A stretch of DNA of 63,344 nucleotides, counting the filler, from Reticulomyxa filosa (lineage: Eukaryota > Protista > Foraminifera): NCBI GenBank assembly GCA_000512085.1. It is 19 parts of 19 records of this genome, joined end to end, with 100 filler letters (N's around TTAATTAATTAA, not from the genome) between each part and the next. Parts side by side here need not be neighbours in the genome. Positions count along the whole stretch, not along the records: positions 23,796 to 27,037 come from ASPP01007372.1; positions 27,138 to 29,278 come from ASPP01031605.1; positions 29,379 to 33,362 come from ASPP01023966.1; positions 33,463 to 36,188 come from ASPP01005472.1; positions 36,289 to 37,331 come from ASPP01026738.1; 14 more parts are not named here. One strand, written 5' to 3'. The position numbers and the translations under genes are program-made. The notes beneath the pieces were generated by a model. It searched no databases. It was not told the DNA's origin and saw only the letters and a program-made list of their open reading frames with translations. Every line of letters starts with the position of its first letter. Position 1 is the stretch's first letter. Below, piece after piece: positions 25,277 to 37,236 of the stretch.

Positions 25277-26055
25277 CTCCAACCATATTCTTTGTTGTTT
25301 TACTTGTCTTCCTTCTTTTTATTCTTAAAATGTAATGTTGGTGTCGTTGTTTTTGTCTTTTTTTTGCTTATTTATTTTGAGATGAAAACACATCATTTGA
25401 TTGTACAAATGGGGATTGTAGGTTGTTTGGGTACTTAATGATTATATTTATTAACTTGTGGTTTTTTTTGTTTTTTTTGCGGGGGGATCTGTCTTGCTAG
25501 GGTTATTATATTTTTTATTGTTTTTGCTGCTATTAATAATTTTTTTTATTTATTGTTGCTTTTTGAATAAGTGACAAAGTCCCCCGTTTCATAGTGTATG
25601 GTTTCACCAACTTCTGTGACTTGTTTGAGAAATTTTTTATCTTTTCTTTATGTTTAAAGTAAAGCTTTAAAAATTGTTGCATTTGATTCACTGCTTGTTT
25701 GTATCGGCAACATGCTGTACAATTTCAATAAGTATTGTGTTTTGTGCTTCTTTTATTGATTACAAAGCTGACTCTAGAATTTCTGGAAGTTGTAATACTT
25801 TTAAGTAGAACATACGTAGAGTATTTAGACGAAACACATTTTATGACAATATAGAAAAAAAATGTATTGGGTCCTGATGCTTCAAAAAGTAAAAAAAAAA
25901 AAATATGAGAAGAAATGTGAAGATTGAAAATTTTATATTTTTTATGTTTTTCCTTTTTTTTTGTTCCCGTTTCCTCTTTCGCATACCCTTACCCTCACCC
26001 CAAGTTTTTCTCCCGACCTCCCATTCCCTTTTTTACTGATTTTTGGAAAACAATG

Positions 26056-26880
26056 TCAATTCTTTGCATTTGCATTGGTATCAGGTTGATGAATATCAGT
26101 TGCAGGCGAATCGACAACAGTGCCTTTAGGTTGGACTGCACGTATGACAGATCGTTGTTCCGCTAAGCCAATATACTCGGCAACACCACTAACCCTCCGA
26201 AGCAGTTGTGCAATAACACCGGCTCTGTTATTCAAAGAGGGACGAGTGACAGGCAAAGGATTTTTCTCTTCGGTTGTGTCAATGACGGACTGTATGACTT
26301 TGCTGGCATTTGGATTTGAACGATGCATTGATTCGTTGGGATTAGGAATAAGTCCTTTGCCATTGTCCGAGCGATCTGTCAAAAGCAAATTGGAATGTTC
26401 GTGATTGACATGTGTAGCAGATAACATATGGTCATGATGGCGGTTTTTTGAGTCATCCACCAAGGAAGCTTGTTCTTTGGCATTGGATCGCGCAGCAGCA
26501 TTCAGATGGAGTTTGGGTTGGAAATAGCGGATTCGTTCGATCCAAATGTTGCATTCGTCATCACTCAAACAGGCAAAAATCCACGTTCTGTTGCTGGTGA
26601 CACATTCGAACACGTACAAAGTCGGACATTGATACTGTTTGGTGATGACCGTTTCATCGACAATTTTTTCAATGCGAAGTATGTTTTTGAGATCGATGAC
26701 CCCTTTCACCTCTTTGCTGTCGCAATGTTCGCGATACACAAGTCGAGGCGGATGAGTTACCAAACTCAACCAACGTTTGCGCCAATATTGGCCTTCTAAG
26801 CCACTTATGGCCTCTCCCATTTTGTACACCCAGCCTTCTTGCAATGTCACACTCGTTCTGCGAATTTCTTTTGTTCTCCC
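26056..26880 (-). CDS. PH-domain protein, 3' exon
   Basis: LQEGWVYKMG...WRKRWLSL...KGVIDL...FECVTSNRTWIFACLSDDECNIWIERIR is a canonical PH pattern. Confidence 0.8.
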   Translation of the reverse strand, partial: GRTKEIRRTSVTLQEGWVYKMGEAISGLEGQYWRKRWLSLVTHPPRLVYREHCDSKEVKGVIDLKNILRIEKIVDETVITKQYQCPTLYVFECVTSNRTWIFACLSDDECNIWIERIRYFQPKLHLNAAARSNAKEQASLVDDSKNRHHDHMLSATHVNHEHSNLLLTDRSDNGKGLIPNPNESMHRSNPNASKVIQSVIDTTEEKNPLPVTRPSLNNRAGVIAQLLRRVSGVAEYIGLAEQRSVIRAVQPKGTVVDSPATDIHQPDTNANAKN

Positions 26881-27137
26881 CACAACATTTTTTTTTTTCC
26901 TCCAATGTTTATAAAAAGTTGTAGAACATAACGAATATTGCACATATCATATATGTATATAATATAAATATAATAGTGTTTATGTAATTTTTTCATCTCT
27001 ATCTTATCCTATCCTTTTTTTTTTTTTTTTTTTTTTTNNNNNNNNNNNNNNNNNNNNNNNNNNNNNNNNNNNNNNNNNNNNTTAATTAATTAANNNNNNN
27101 NNNNNNNNNNNNNNNNNNNNNNNNNNNNNNNNNNNNN

Positions 27138-27559
27138 ATCAGACAACCTTCAGAGGCTTGGCCTCGGGTGGCATTGTCAGGTCCTCAATCAAGACGTTTA
27201 AGTATCGTGTTCATGATAATTCAGCCAGTGCTTGGTTACACAGGAATACCAGTAATGATGAATATTTTTCACGTTTCAAAAAGGACATGCTGGTTCGTCA
27301 TGAACATATGAAGTGTTGGGCTCATGTACTGAATTGCGCTGCTGCGAATGATCATAAAAATAATTTGATTGCATTGGAAAAAAAAGCCAAGTTTTATCTG
27401 GAAATGTCAAATATTGATTCTGTTGGTTTATTGATTCGCATTGCTTGTATCTTTAGGTACCGTGGGCTTCTTTCTTTTAAAGAAAGTTTTTACTTGTTGG
27501 GCGGAAAATTGGCTGTTGTGGTTTGGCGTAAATTGAGATTTTTGCTAGGGCGTGCATAA
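27138..27559 (+). CDS. Bacterial glycosyltransferase (GT2-like), C-terminal fragment
   Basis: KYRVHDNSAS motif typical of GT2 C-terminal halves. Directly upstream of a Wzy-like gene. Confidence 0.55.
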
Positions 27560-27560
27560 A

Positions 27561-28907
27561 ATGAAAAATGCAGAGAGTGATGTCTTATTTGAATATTTTT
27601 ACTTGCTTCTTTTATCGGCCTGCTTTCTTATTTCAATACCGGGAGCGATGGGTGTTTTTAATAATTTTCCTGTCATATCTTGGTTTTTTTTGCTTTGTTC
27701 TTCAATTTTCTCCGTTAGGGTGTCATTGTTTTTTTCGCCGCTGGCTATTGTTTTAATTTTCAATCTGCTTTTTTTACTTTATCAAGTGCCAGCTGTATTC
27801 ATGGGTGAGGATATTGTTTCGCTCTCTTTGTATGAAGGCTTGCCATACCACACTCAAGTCGCCTGGATTATATCGCTATTTAATTTTACAGTTTCTCTTT
27901 GGCTATTCTCAGTTTGCCGCAGTATAAGTGTGGGAGTCTCATTTCGAGATTTGGTTGTTAAGGTAGGTATTCCTAAGTCTAAGCAAATTTTTTATTCTCT
28001 TGAGCTGGCATTGTTGATGGCGATTCTGTTTGGAATTCAAGGGGGGAATGTTATTGGTGGAGGTGGTTATGAGGTTTATGTGGAAAATCTCCAGAATACA
28101 TCTGGGCTGCCAGAGTACTTGTTAGTGCTTTTCTTTCTGACGGGGTTGATGGCTGATGGTAAGCTTCAAAAGCTCATCTGGGGTGTGGTGCTATTTTTAT
28201 TTATATTAAAGACATCCTTGATCGGCTTGCGCATAGTTTCTCTGATGGGTGTTTTGTGTGGCTTTTGGTTTTCAGTCACATTTATATCTGGGTTTAGATT
28301 GATTTTTGTTTTTATTGCCGGTTTTTTTCTGTTTTCATTGTTGGGTTTGCTTAAATTTCCGACACTTCCAGATGATTTATTTGTGAGTCTTTTTTTTGAA
28401 ATTACAGATGCGGGGCTTGTTAGTCATCATGGCAATGTTATTTGGGCATCTGCTGTGATGCTTAAACTAATTGATAGTGGTGTTTTGGATTTTTTTGATC
28501 GGCTCAATATTTTGTTTTATTATATTGCCAATTCAGTTATACCTTCAGGTGTTTTGCAGAATAGTTTTGGCTTCAGATATATTGGAGTGTGGCTTCAAGA
28601 GGCAGGTTACACTTCTGGCGGGGGGCATGTGGCAGTCTATGCTTATGCTGCGTCCAGTATAGTTGGTGTAATCGCAATCGCATCTATGATTGGGTATGGA
28701 GCACGTTCTTCTGTATCAGAAGCTAATAATTTATCAACAAGAATTTTTAGGGTGTGGTTCATGATGGCGATGATAACGTTCCCTCGATGGATTTCATACG
28801 ACATGGGGAATTTTCTTTTCCGACTTCCTATTTATGCTGCAGTTCTATTTGCATTGTTAGTGTTCCTCAGCAATTTTGGTAAGAAAAATGCGCGTATTAA
28901 TGATTGA
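27561..28907 (+). CDS. wzy: Bacterial O-antigen/EPS polymerase (Wzy-like) multipass membrane protein
   Basis: ~448 aa, intronless, about 10-12 hydrophobic segments with a large loop ending YTSGGG. Tightly packed between two glycosyltransferases (1-bp gap, 20-bp overlap). Confidence 0.65.
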   Translation: MKNAESDVLFEYFYLLLLSACFLISIPGAMGVFNNFPVISWFFLLCSSIFSVRVSLFFSPLAIVLIFNLLFLLYQVPAVFMGEDIVSLSLYEGLPYHTQVAWIISLFNFTVSLWLFSVCRSISVGVSFRDLVVKVGIPKSKQIFYSLELALLMAILFGIQGGNVIGGGGYEVYVENLQNTSGLPEYLLVLFFLTGLMADGKLQKLIWGVVLFLFILKTSLIGLRIVSLMGVLCGFWFSVTFISGFRLIFVFIAGFFLFSLLGLLKFPTLPDDLFVSLFFEITDAGLVSHHGNVIWASAVMLKLIDSGVLDFFDRLNILFYYIANSVIPSGVLQNSFGFRYIGVWLQEAGYTSGGGHVAVYAYAASSIVGVIAIASMIGYGARSSVSEANNLSTRIFRVWFMMAMITFPRWISYDMGNFLFRLPIYAAVLFALLVFLSNFGKKNARIND

Positions 28908-29278
28908 CTTTGGTGCTGTTTGGGGTGGCCAGGAAATCTACAGCCGCAGTATTGCACAGGTCTTGGTTGAACGTGGCTGGTGTGTTACCAGTGTTTCCAT
29001 GCATGAACGTCATGCAGTTGATGGTGTGCGTTTTTTGCCAGTTTCGATTGGTTATAACGACTTTGTCGGTAATAAACGTCTGATTGAAGACATGTTGCCA
29101 AGTTATGATGTTGTGCATTTCAATGGTATCAGGGCAATTTACTTGGCTGCCATCCTGAAACATAGCAAGCCGTTTGTCGGCACAAAACATTTACCATACT
29201 CGTCTTTGGAACAGGTGACCGTTAGATCATGGCTAGCCAGGCTGGGTAGTCACGTAGTTTTCCACAATCTGGACAGGC
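28888..29278 (+). CDS. Bacterial GT4-family glycosyltransferase, N-terminal fragment
   Basis: MRVLMID...WGGQEIY...LVERGWCVT...YDVVHFN...PFVGTKH fits the GT4 N-terminal domain. Confidence 0.75.
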
Positions 29279-29378
29279 NNNNNNNNNNNNNNNNNNNNNN
29301 NNNNNNNNNNNNNNNNNNNNNNTTAATTAATTAANNNNNNNNNNNNNNNNNNNNNNNNNNNNNNNNNNNNNNNNNNNN

Positions 29379-29418
<40 letters not shown>

Positions 29419-29419
29419 G

Positions 29420-31082
29420 GCGCCAGAAGTGTTTGAAGGGCATTACTCTCGTGGAGCAGATGTATGGTCGGCAGGCATAATATTATACTGTATGCTGTTT
29501 GGGTACCCGCCGTTTTACGCAGACGAAAATGAAATTTTACGGTTTGGCGAAGAAACTATCATTGAACAGAAAATTCGAAAAGGCTTTTGCAAAGAAGTGA
29601 AAGAAGGATTCGGTCCATGGTACTTTGCATTCTCTTTTTTTTTTCCTCTCTACTTATAGCCGTCATTTACAACTGTTGACAAATTAAATCGAATAAATAG
29701 AACCAATGGCATATGTGCATATACACACACATACACACATACACACAAAAAGGTTCCCAGCAGACATTCCAGTGTCCGAAAATTGCATGAAACTGCTGTC
29801 GCATATGTTGGAAAGTGATGTCGCGAAGCGATGGACGGTGAAGGAATGCTTGTCGTCACATTGGATTCGCGGCGAATGTCATGACACCGACATCGCTCCA
29901 AAACACAAACAAGCGCTGCTCGACTTTCGAAAAACATGCAAATTCAAAGTTGCTGTTTCCAATTACTTTGCCAATTCTTTGGATGCTGATGAAGTGCAAG
30001 ATGTCAAAGTTAGGTTCCAAGGCGTTACATAAATGGTCATTTGAAAGAGGAAAAAAAAAAAAAAAAAAACGGGGGAAGAAAAGGAACTGTTCGATCAAAA
30101 TATTTCTTTTTGTTTCATTGACAATGTCTATGAAAAAAAAAAAAAAAAAAAGACTTTCTTTTCATCATTGGATGAAAATCATGATGGTGTAATCACTTTG
30201 GAAGAGTTCAAAAAAGGCATGAAAGAACGTGATAAAAGATTAACCGAAGCGCAAATCGAAAAGATGTTTCAAAACATTGATATCGATGATTCTCGAGGTT
30301 TTGTTTTGTTTTTTAACATCTCACTCATAGACCTTTCATATATGTATGTTTGTGATATCTGTAATATACGTACGTGGGACCAAGTGTTATTGTCACGACT
30401 AATCGAGAAAGATACACAAATACACAAATGAAAAGGGATCACGTTGGATGAACTGCTGACGGCATGTGCGAACCGTGCATTAATAGCCCAAGACGAGCGT
30501 CTATTTCGTGCCTTTGTCGATTTGGATAAAGACGAAAATGGCACGTTATCCAAACAAGAATTGAAAGATGCTCTGATTCGAATCGACCCCAGCTTCAAAG
30601 ACGATCAGGATCTCTTGTCTAATGCCTTTACTAGTGCCGATCGAAATGGAGATGGCAAAATTGACTACGAGGAATTTTTAAGGTTTTTTTTTGTGGAGAA
30701 GAAAGCATAATGTCAGAGAGGTTACAAACTAATGTGTCTTATAACAAAATATTGCAAATGAGATAGAATTTTGCACCCGGAATTTCGTGAAGACGCGAAG
30801 TTAGATGACTTCATTGGAGGGGACGATGTATATTATGCAGGAGAGAATTTTGATGTTGTGGGGACCAATAAAGCTGATTTGGAGAGAGACGTATCTCTAC
30901 TTGTTCCGGAAAGAGACAAACCTCAATTTGGTAAAAGTATGTCTTCTGGACATCTCGTTGTAATTGATTTAAATACTGCCTCCAAAATTGATTTTAAATA
31001 TAAAGATAAAAAATTCACTGTCAGCGGAGAAGAACTTATTCAACTACTGGAGGATCTTAAAAATGATGACGATCAAAATTAG
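29420..31082 (+). CDS. Calcium-dependent protein kinase (CDPK-like), 5'-truncated, multi-exon
   Basis: Kinase C-lobe APE...DVWSAGIILYCMLFGYPPF followed by four EF hands (DENHDGVITLEE, DIDDSRGITLDE, DKDENGTLSKQE, DRNGDGKIDYEE). Introns 29620-29752, 30009-30152, 30298-30435 and 30683-30766 restore the frame. Confidence 0.9.
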
Positions 31083-31971
31083 CTCAAATTGAAGTTTATT
31101 GATTGAAAAGGAAAGTTTTAGCACATATTCACCATTAGTTTGCAACGCTTCTTCAACATGCGTAAAAAAAATGAAACACAATTTTTTTGGATTTAATGTA
31201 AATTTTGTAAGAGTTTCATTGTTATTTGAGTTTGTTTTGGATGTGAAACATGCACTCTTCTTTCTTTCTTGTTTTTGTTTGCTTTGTTTCGAAAAGACAG
31301 ATCTTGTCTCTCGGCCTTTCTATTTTTTTCTGTAATCAATATACATCAAACATAAAAAAAAAAATGTTGTTATAAAAACACTGACCTAAATTACACAAAC
31401 TTTCAACCACACTTCAGCAGATATAATGACTAACTTTTGCTGTAGGCAAATATAATAATGAGGGTTCATTTAACAAAGGTTAATCAATGAAATCAAGGTG
31501 TCACCGAATACTTTCGCACATAAACTATTTTAAAAGTTATTATAAAATCTTTTAATAATATATACAACCGACAGTAAAAAAGATCACTTTAAACAAGTTT
31601 CTACAAACATTTGCTTTTGTTATATCTTTTGGTTGCGATCCGTTTAGATGCAGTAAAGTTAAAGCACCCCTTGTTCGTTGTTTAAAAAAGCAGAGCTGAA
31701 AATATACGGTAGCAACAGCTTACTTGCTCACATTAGAAAGAAAAACGAATAAGCAAAACCATAAGAAAAAAATAAATAAACAAAATCGACATAAAATTGG
31801 AAAGACTTTTTCTTTTGGAAAGAGGAAACAAGATGGAACCTGACACTTTTTTGAAATACAATCAAAAAAACTTATAAACAACACACGCTATTGACAAAAA
31901 AGGAAAAAAGGCGAGGATAGAAAGTCGATTGCAATATTGTTAGCAGGATGAGAGAGAAAGAGGAGATACTT

Positions 31972-33335
31972 TCAAACAAACGTCCCATAGATTTGTGTAA
32001 TACTCCCTTCTTTGATAGTGTAACGCCGGGAAGAGTCTGCAAAAATTTCGCAACACATGCGAAAAGCCACAACGCCGCAATTATTAAGTTTTCTCTTACC
32101 ACTCATGTGAGTGGAACCGGGCGGTAAGAAATATTTAAAGAAGTGTTGAAACCAATGACTGTGTCCAACGGCAATTATCGTTCGTTTGTTGTGTTGGCTG
32201 AACGCCCAGTCAACAAATGACCGCATTCGGTCTTTTTCATCTTCCGAAGACTCAAACAATTGAGATTTTTTCGGAGTGTTGGCAACACACAAACGATTGG
32301 TATAAAAATCATTCAACAAGCTGATATCCAATTTTTGTGTTTTTTTTTCATGTTCGCTCACCTATTTCAATTAATATATGTATATGTACATATACATACA
32401 TAAATATGTACACATTTTTTATTAAAAAAAAAAGGTGCAAACCTGAGGTAAATCGTAATCGACAACAGGGGTATGCGTATCTACATTCATTCCCAATTCT
32501 TGCAAGCACGGCAAAATGTAGACAAGCTCTTTGTTTTCTTCAATGGCGAACCGATCCCAGAGCCCGATAATACTAGTGCTAATGGCACGTCTCAGATTAC
32601 TGCATGCGACAATGGAGGTTTTGTAATCTAACATTTCGTCCAACAGCCATTCGCTTTGTAGTGGTACGTTCGGGTCGTCGTCGATCATTCCAAAATTGGA
32701 ATTGTCCAACACGATGTGTTTGGAGCGTCTTTTTTGAGTCACTATTCTGTGGACCCACACACACATATACAAACAACTGTAGGAAGAAAAAAAAAAGTAG
32801 ATGATATAGTGTCACACCAAATTTTTAGACCCTCTGTTTTGGAGTGCGACAATAACTCTTTTTCTTCATTCTTTATATCTTCTAGGTCTAACGTACTTGC
32901 TTCAGCAGACATAATGGCCATAAGATTCTTGTGTTTTTGTTCGTCATACAAACTGAAGCGCTCTCTCAGCTCGGTTTGGGTTGAGATCAAATCGGAGGCG
33001 TTTGAAGATACGACATGTTCCCAATGCGCATGTGTTTGCGAACGGCTGCGAGTGAACTGAGGATTTGAAAAGCTGTCTTCCTCTTCTTCTTCTTCTTCTT
33101 CTTCTTCTTCTTCCTTTTCCTTATTCTTTTCCTTCGTTTTTTGTTTTTCCTTTTCAGTGACCTCTTCTTTGTTGTCGATAAAAGTCATATCAGGACTGCC
33201 AAAGATGTCATGATCACACAAGCGAGTTCCACTTTGCAACTCCAACATCCATTGTTCAAGATGATGTTGAGTCGTTTTCATGTACTCTTGAAGCTCTTGC
33301 AGCTTGTTTGTCAAATTCGAGTCTTTTCTGTATGC
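31972..33335 (-). CDS. Histidine phosphatase (phosphoglycerate mutase-like) superfamily protein, 5'-truncated
   Basis: VACSNLRRAIST, ILPCLQE, IIAVGHSHWF and LNNCGVV motifs. The RHG motif would lie upstream, off the contig. Confidence 0.7.
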
Positions 33336-33536
33336 AGCAACAAACACATGTATACATATATANNNNNNNNNNNNNNNNNNNNNNNNNNNNNNNNNNNNNN
33401 NNNNNNTTAATTAATTAANNNNNNNNNNNNNNNNNNNNNNNNNNNNNNNNNNNNNNNNNNNNGTGTGTGTGTGTGTGTGTGTGTATGTGTGTGTGTATGT
33501 ATGTGTTTCTAAATAATAAGAACAAAATGAATTTGA

Positions 33537-34836
33537 ATGTCAAATAGAGATGAACAAAGAGCCGACAAGTGTATAGGCATTGAGCTGAAGACAACAAACG
33601 TACTGAAGCTAAAGAATCTGCCATTGCCGCAAATGCAAATGATAGTGTCGCAATCGGAGAAGGACGCATATGGGATACTGTTGTCGGACTATGTGATGTA
33701 CGGCACGACGACATGTCCAGAGGGGTATGGGTCGGAGGATGGACTGCAGTGTTCGGCCTGTGTGACCGGTACGTTCAATCTGTTGGCCAACGTCACGAAA
33801 AAATGTGATCAGTGTCCAAAGAAAGGAGTGTATTGCGCGGGTGAGAATCACGTGATGGTATTGAAAAACTATTGGATACGCGATCATTATTCCTATATCG
33901 CCAACAATAGTAATAGTAATAGTAATAGTAATAGTAATAGTAATAGCAATAATAATAAAAATAAAAATAAAAATAATGATGTGACACAACAGATTGTATT
34001 TGACTCGGCAGTTGTATGTCCATCGGATTATTGCTGCAAAGACTCGAACTGCTTATACTCGGACAAGACGCAACTGTGCGCGCCCAATCGTGATTACACT
34101 GTTCCCATATGTGGCCGATGCATGTCCGGATTCAGCGAGACGGTCGGCGGAGGCCTGGGATGTCGCGAGTGCAAAGGAGTGAATTGGATGGTGCTGCTTG
34201 TGCCCGTGTTGCCCTGCACGCTGCTTGTGATTTGGAAGCTGCGAAGCACGCCCGCGTGGACTCGCTATCGGTCACGCGTCATGGCCTACTCGCTGGTCGA
34301 TGATAACTATCAACGTCAGCTCTGGTTTTGGAATCCTTTCCTCTTCCATATCATCTCGTACTTTTGTCAAAGTGTCACCGTATTCATGGATCGCAGTCTT
34401 CTCGGCATCTACGCTCCGGCGCTGTCGGTGCTCAGTACGTCCTTTGGCGCAACTACGTCACACGAAATCGGATACTGCGTCGTCCAAGATATGACCGCTC
34501 TGCAACGCGTCTATTCTCCTTTCTACATCGTCTTCCTCATTTACTTCATCTTTGTCGTCTTTGCTTTGCTCCCCAAACACGCCTATCCCTCCTTGCTTTG
34601 TCTCCATTGCTGCAATGACGAACACACCAGCATTGAAATCAAAGATGCCGACGATGACAATCACAATGACATTAGCAATGCTCACGATAATGATGGCCGT
34701 GGCGATTATCATCATGACAGAGATACGAGAGAGAAAAATCATAATGCAACACATGAGGATCAAAAAAATAATAATTCATTGACTGAACCTTTATTGGGGA
34801 TCTCCTTTTCTACAGTTCTTTTTTTTAAATAAAATA

Positions 34837-34870
<34 letters not shown>

Positions 34871-35282
34871 TATATGTATATGTAACAATTGAAAGAGTTG
34901 TTCGTCGTTTGTGTGTTTCGCACATTGCAGGACTACGAAAGCGAATTGAACAAGAAAGCAGCAACAACAAAACTGATCCAAATCGACTTGAAAGCGGCCT
35001 TTGTGTCCCTGTTTTTATTCACATTTAACGGGGTGATTTGGTCTCTCTTTAGCGTGTTGAGTTGCCGTCCCGTGAGCGGCTACGGGTGGAGGCACTCTTT
35101 CGCAGGCGGAGTGCAGTGCTTCGATGCGGCCTGGTGGCTGGCCTTTCTCGGCGTCATTTCCTTGGTCATCGTGTTGGGCTATCTGTTCGTGTCTTTGTTC
35201 CAACAGACGCGTCAAGTGCGAAATGAGCATAAGAAAGCTCTTGCACAACTCGAAGAAGATAAGAACAATCAAAATAATAATA

Positions 35283-35325
<43 letters not shown>

Positions 35326-36169
35326 CAATGATAATGAAGACAATGAGATACGAGACTATGAGAAGGAACGTGAACATTTCTTGGAAATGTTGAAAGGGGA
35401 CAAAAGTATGGACTTTCTTCTCTCTACAATGAGTTTGGCGACCAGCGTTCCATCACAAAGCTCAATGAGCAATGATTCCAGACATTCTCAACAACAACAA
35501 CAACAACAACAACAACAGCAGCATGTGGAAAATGAGAGGAAACCAAAGCAAAAGAAAAAAATTGCAATAATCACGCCATCGCCATTCTGTTATTATTACA
35601 AGCCCAGCGCATGGTATTGGGAGTTTGTATTACTGCTTCGACGAATGCTAGTGATCATTTTTACGCAAGTGTCGCCATTGGAACGCTTCGTCAACTTGTG
35701 TTTCATCTTGTTTATCATTCAACTGAGTCTGATTGCGCAATTGGTCATCAAGCCCTTCCAGCATCGCACTTTAAATGTCCTGGAGGCTGTCCTTCTCACT
35801 GTCCTCACCATGGTGTTGGTCGTGTGCATGGCCTATGACCAAAGTGCTCTGGGGGAAACCACCACGCTTTGGCTCATGTCTGGCTTCCTTACTATCCCTT
35901 TCTTGCTTGTCATTTACCAGGTCATCCGTCAACGCGTCTGCTGTCGCGTCGGCAAAAACATAAAACGCTCCGGATATGCCATTGCCAACAAAGGTTTGGA
36001 GTTACAACTTTACACAAAGTCTGCTGACAAACACAAAATCGACCTCGTCGATCGACTTTCTCCGCAAGGGGACAGGCCTTACAAAAAGTCTTCCGCTGTC
36101 GATTCTGCCGACAATCAAGCTGTTCCCATTGTTGTATGGAAAGCACCCAAAACTTTTAAAATTGCTTAG
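33537..36169 (+). CDS. Cys-rich ectodomain + multipass (TRP/7TM-like) membrane protein, 5'-truncated
   Basis: Cys repeats (CPEGYG..CSAC..GTF, CPSDYCC, CAPNR..PICGRC..GFS) followed by many TM helices, including WYWEFVLLLRR and KPF...LNVLE. Intron at about 34800-34930. Confidence 0.7.
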
Positions 36170-36318
36170 TTTTTTTATAAAATAAAATNNNNNNNNNNNN
36201 NNNNNNNNNNNNNNNNNNNNNNNNNNNNNNNNTTAATTAATTAANNNNNNNNNNNNNNNNNNNNNNNNNNNNNNNNNNNNNNNNNNNNTTTTTTTTTTTT
36301 TTTGACATGAACGCATAC

Positions 36319-37236
36319 TTACCCTTTTTTGTTAATCGCTTTCTTGGTTGGATCTGGCGTTGTGAGTAAGTCGAATATGCGATCCATGTAAATTTCCAAA
36401 TACGACGCCTCCACTTCAATTATTTCAAAAAAAAATGGATTACTTTTTCGTGATATGCAACATATTGTTTTTGTGCACAGTTCAAACTTGAGCGTTGGCA
36501 TTATTGTAATCGCGCGCTCAATTCGTTTGAAAATTTCCTCGCAGCCATAAGGAATCAAGCCCGGAGACTTTGAATGTCCCAACATCGTAAATGTCTTTCC
36601 AGACCCGGTCTGACCGTACGCAAATACACTGGCCTTTTTTATTTTTTAATTTGTGTTTGTTTCAATCAGTCCATTCAATTAAAAAAAAATTATCAATTGT
36701 TCATTTCATATATATGTATACATAAAAACATAAACATAAACATAAACATATATACATATACATATATGTATTTATGTATACGAATCAATTGCTACCAAAA
36801 AAAAAAAAAAAATTGGTTATCTTAACATTGTATCCTTCAAATGCATTGTCTACAAACATATGTCCCAGATCCTATTTTTATGTTATTTTTGTTGTTTTGT
36901 TTATTTCAAACATATCGAAAATCACAGTTTGCACATTGACAGCGAAACTTTAAAAATATCTTCATTGGTGGCACAGTTATTTGCATCAAAGGACTGATAT
37001 ACAAAATCATACTCAAATTTTTTATCCGCATTCTTCGCTGGGTCTGTCAACCACAGAGAGTTGCCTTGCACTTTCACAATCACCTTGCTTTCCTTCTGTT
37101 TTTCTCGTGCGTTCAGTGGACGAATTCTCACTGCCACTTTTATATTTTCTTCTGACCCATCATCATATGTCACCTCGTCTTCATCGGGAGGGATTTGCGA
37201 AGCTGGAATTTCTTGAGAGTCTTCATTATCTGCCAT
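36319..37236 (-). CDS. Kinesin motor (kinesin-3-like), N-terminal fragment, multi-exon
   Basis: NIKVAVRIRPLN, FEYDFVYQSF, NAFEGYN|ASVFAYGQTGSGKTFTMLG (P-loop), PGLIP, VEASYLEIY. Confidence 0.9.

Noticed and set aside
27038-29378. Horizontal transfer of bacterial genes next to eukaryotic genes
   Set aside because: The adjacency is only across artificial spacers; no contig contains both gene types.
36410-36482. Non-canonical intron in the kinesin gene (FE...VEASY)
   Set aside because: No clean GT-AG pair restores the frame, but a single base error or a GC donor would explain it; not resolvable without reads.
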